From Alphaproteobacteria bacterium (GTDB lineage Bacteria; Pseudomonadota; Alphaproteobacteria; MPNO01; UBA830): a stretch of DNA of 64,000 nucleotides. Location: contig OZ251539.1 of the NCBI GenBank assembly GCA_965243135.1, positions 768,001-832,000 of the forward strand, given 5' to 3'. Under the pieces are notes generated by a model that worked only from the letters and a program-made list of their open reading frames with translations, was not told the origin of the DNA and ran no database searches. A program made the position numbers and the translations under genes. Each line of letters opens with the position of its first letter. The first letter of the stretch is position 1. Below are positions 61,320 to 64,000 of this stretch, in pieces.

Positions 61320-62600
61320 GTGACTGCGGGCCTCGACGCGCTCCCGGCGGCCGAAATCGCCGACGGCGTCCGGTCGGGGGCGTTCGCTGCCGAAGCCGTC
61401 GTCGACGCCTGCCTCGAGCGGATCGGAAATCGCGAAGAGACGGTGGGCGCGTGGGAATATCTCGACGCCGATCTTGCGCGACGTCAGGCTCGCGCCGTGG
61501 ATGGGGCAAGGATCAAGGGGCCCTTGGCCGGGGTTCCGGTCGGCATCAAGGACATCATCGCCACCTTCGACATGCCGACCGGAATGGGGTCGCCGATCTA
61601 TGCCGATTACCGTCCGCCGGCGGACGCGAGTTGCGTAGCGCGGCTTAGGGCCGCAGGGGCCGTAATTCTCGGGAAGACGGTGACCTGCGAGTTTGCGGGG
61701 CTGACGCCCGGCAGGACCGCCAACCCGCGGGATCCGGCCCATACGCCGGGCGGTTCGTCCAGCGGCTCGGCGGCGGCGGTTGCCGACCATATGGCGCCTG
61801 TCGCGCTCGGTACGCAGACGGGCGGTTCGGTCGTGCGGCCGTCGTCCTATTGCGGCGTGATCGGCTACAAGCCGAGTTTCGGGGCGTTCAGCCTGGCGGG
61901 AGTCTTTCCCGCCGCCGAGAGCCTCGATACCTTGGGGCTTCACGTGCGGAGCGTGGACGACATCGCGTTGTTGTTTTCGGCGCTGGCGGGAGGACCGTTC
62001 CGTTCCGCTCGCGAGCCGCCTTCCGATCCGGTTTTCGGATTGTGCCGAACATGGTGGTGGGACGACGCGCAATCCGAGACCCGCGACGCGGTCGAAGGCG
62101 CGGCCGGGCGCATCGCCGGAGCCGGCTTCGAGGTTCGCGATCTGACCCTGCCCGACGAGTTCCGGCGGCTGAGCGAAGCGCGAGCAGTCATCAACGCCCG
62201 CGAGCGGGCCATGGCTATGGCGGATGCGTGGGAGCGCAGTCGCGAACTGATTTCGCCGGGATTGCAGGACACCGTTCGCGAGGGGCTGGCGCTCCCTTAC
62301 GGCGATTACGTCGATGCGTTGCGCCTGATGGACTTCTGCCGGGCGCGCGCCGAAGAAGTCTTTGCCGGATGCGATGCGATCCTGACGCCCGCCGTCGACG
62401 GCGAGGCGCCTCGGGGCCTTGGCGACACCGGCAGTCCGCGCTTCCAGTCCTTATGGACCATATTGCGCACCCCGGCGATGACGCTCCCGACCCATGTGGG
62501 CCCTCGCGGGCTGCCGGTCGGGATACAGCTGGTCGCGCCATGGCGTCGCGACGACCTTCTGTTCGGCATCGGCCGCCGCGTGACGGAAATCCTTTCTTGA
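61320..62600 (+). CDS. Amidase-signature family amidase
   Basis: GIKD, TPGGSSSGS and TQTGGSVVRP motifs. Confidence 0.9.
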   Translation: MTAGLDALPAAEIADGVRSGAFAAEAVVDACLERIGNREETVGAWEYLDADLARRQARAVDGARIKGPLAGVPVGIKDIIATFDMPTGMGSPIYADYRPPADASCVARLRAAGAVILGKTVTCEFAGLTPGRTANPRDPAHTPGGSSSGSAAAVADHMAPVALGTQTGGSVVRPSSYCGVIGYKPSFGAFSLAGVFPAAESLDTLGLHVRSVDDIALLFSALAGGPFRSAREPPSDPVFGLCRTWWWDDAQSETRDAVEGAAGRIAGAGFEVRDLTLPDEFRRLSEARAVINARERAMAMADAWERSRELISPGLQDTVREGLALPYGDYVDALRLMDFCRARAEEVFAGCDAILTPAVDGEAPRGLGDTGSPRFQSLWTILRTPAMTLPTHVGPRGLPVGIQLVAPWRRDDLLFGIGRRVTEILS

Positions 62601-64000
62601 GCGCGCGTTCTCCCTTGGGCATGCCGCTGCCGCGCATCGAGGACGCGCCGCTTCTGGCGGGAAAAGGGGCTTTCGTCGCCGACAGGAATTTCGAAGGTCA
62701 GCTCCACATGCGGGTCGTCCGATCCGACAAGGCGCACGGGGAAATTCGCGGCATCGACGCTTCGGCCGCCGCCGTTCTGGGCGGCGTGGCCGCCGTGTGG
62801 ACGTCCGGCGACGTTGCCGACATCCCTCCCATCGGCTTCCGTCCGACCAGGTATGCAGGGCTGGAACCGTATCGACAGCCGGTGCTGGCGGCGACGAAAG
62901 TTCGTTACGCCGGGGAACCCCTGGCCGCCGTCTTCGCGGAGGATCCGCACGTCGCGGAAGATGCCGCGGCGCTCGTGCTAGCCGACATCGGCGAGTTGCC
63001 GCCGCAGCTGGACGCGTCGGCGAAGCCCGGCGAATTCGCTGCCGGCGCCAGCTCCGAAGCGGCCGTCGTCGAAAAGGGATACGGCGACGTGGAAGCGGCT
63101 TTTCGCGATGCTCGCGATGTCGTCGAGCTCGATCTCGCGATAGGCCGCCATACGGGAATTCCGTTGGAATGCCGGGGCGGACTGGCTCGCGTGAATCCCG
63201 ACACCGGCGTTCTGGAATTCTACGGGGCGACGAAGCGCGCCCATCCCAATCGCGATCAGATCGCCCGGACGTTCGGTCTCGACCCCGCCCGCGTGCATCT
63301 GTTCGAAGGCAATGTCGGAGGCGGCTTCGGGATTCGCGGCGAGCTCTATCCGGAAGATTTCCTGATCTGCGCGGCCGCCTTGCGGCTGAGACGCCCGGTT
63401 AAGTGGATCGAAGACCGGCGCGAACATCTGATCGCCGTCAACCATTCCCGGCAGCAACGGCACCGCGTGAGGGCGGCGATCGACGGGGACGGAAGATTGC
63501 GCGCCATAGACGTCGAATTCTTTCACGATCAGGGCGCTTATCTCAGAACTCATGGCGTGCGGGTGCCCGACATGACGGCAGGCTTGCTCCTCGGGCCCTA
63601 CCGCGTTCCCGCCTACCGGGTTGCCGGACGCGTGCGTCTGACCAACAAGACTCCCGCGGCGACCTACCGGTCTCCCGGCCGCTACGAAGGAAGCTTCGTG
63701 CGCGAAAGGCTGCTCGACGCGGTGGCGGCGCGGATCGGAGTTTCGGGCGCGGAGGTTCGTCGGCGCAACATGGTTCCGGCGAGCGCCATGCCCTACGCCC
63801 GGCCGCTGGACGCGCTGGAAGTCGATGTGGTTCTGGATTCGGGAGACTACGAGGGGTTGCTCGGCAAGGCGCTCGATGCGTTCGATTGGCGCGGCATGCG
63901 GAGAGAACTCGCCCGGCGCCGCGAAGCCGGGGAGATCGTAGGAGCGGGCATCGGCTGTTTCGTCGAGAAGTCGGGCCTCGGTCCGACGGACAAGGTACGC
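62597..64000 (+). CDS. XDH/CoxL-family molybdopterin large subunit (3' truncated by window edge; absent from ORF track)
   Basis: TTG start overlapping TGA; RIEDAPLLAGKG, GGGFG, KWIEDRREH, TYRSPGR and DSGDY read manually. Confidence 0.88.
   Translation, partial: MSARSPLGMPLPRIEDAPLLAGKGAFVADRNFEGQLHMRVVRSDKAHGEIRGIDASAAAVLGGVAAVWTSGDVADIPPIGFRPTRYAGLEPYRQPVLAATKVRYAGEPLAAVFAEDPHVAEDAAALVLADIGELPPQLDASAKPGEFAAGASSEAAVVEKGYGDVEAAFRDARDVVELDLAIGRHTGIPLECRGGLARVNPDTGVLEFYGATKRAHPNRDQIARTFGLDPARVHLFEGNVGGGFGIRGELYPEDFLICAAALRLRRPVKWIEDRREHLIAVNHSRQQRHRVRAAIDGDGRLRAIDVEFFHDQGAYLRTHGVRVPDMTAGLLLGPYRVPAYRVAGRVRLTNKTPAATYRSPGRYEGSFVRERLLDAVAARIGVSGAEVRRRNMVPASAMPYARPLDALEVDVVLDSGDYEGLLGKALDAFDWRGMRRELARRREAGEIVGAGIGCFVEKSGLGPTDKVR

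Overview
GC-rich bacterial chromosome segment, probably alphaproteobacterial (inferred from GTTC-N7-GTTC LexA-type boxes and gene content). Catabolic and cofactor genes alternate with accessory islands. The catabolic and cofactor genes are: a Rieske/SDR/cupin/hydrolase/aspartate-dehydrogenase operon, ppc, three CoxL/XDH-family large subunits (one deleted, one cut by the window end), four amidases, a urea/amide ABC system, the FO synthase fbiC with npdG, and a photolyase. The accessory islands are: (i) 16.5-21.4 kb, with three direct repeats, a TA module, a nonsense-split XRE-ImmA/IrrE gene and an AAA_21 ATPase pair; (ii) 23.5-28 kb, a Type ISP-like restriction-modification gene frameshifted exactly at a G15 tract; (iii) 34.8-37.7 kb, an ATPase gene disrupted by a complete IS with a 9-bp TSD; (iv) 56-60 kb, a toxin-antitoxin graveyard with an integrase relic and a 195-bp MITE sharing that IS's ends. 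The most notable items are a GroEL paralogue lacking both catalytic aspartates, the GGM tail and an adjacent groES, coupled to an AhpD-like gene; the possibly phase-variable R-M gene; the IS/MITE pair; and a hammerhead-like relic. No rRNA, tRNA or CRISPR array was seen. All calls come from manual motif reading; no database searches were run.
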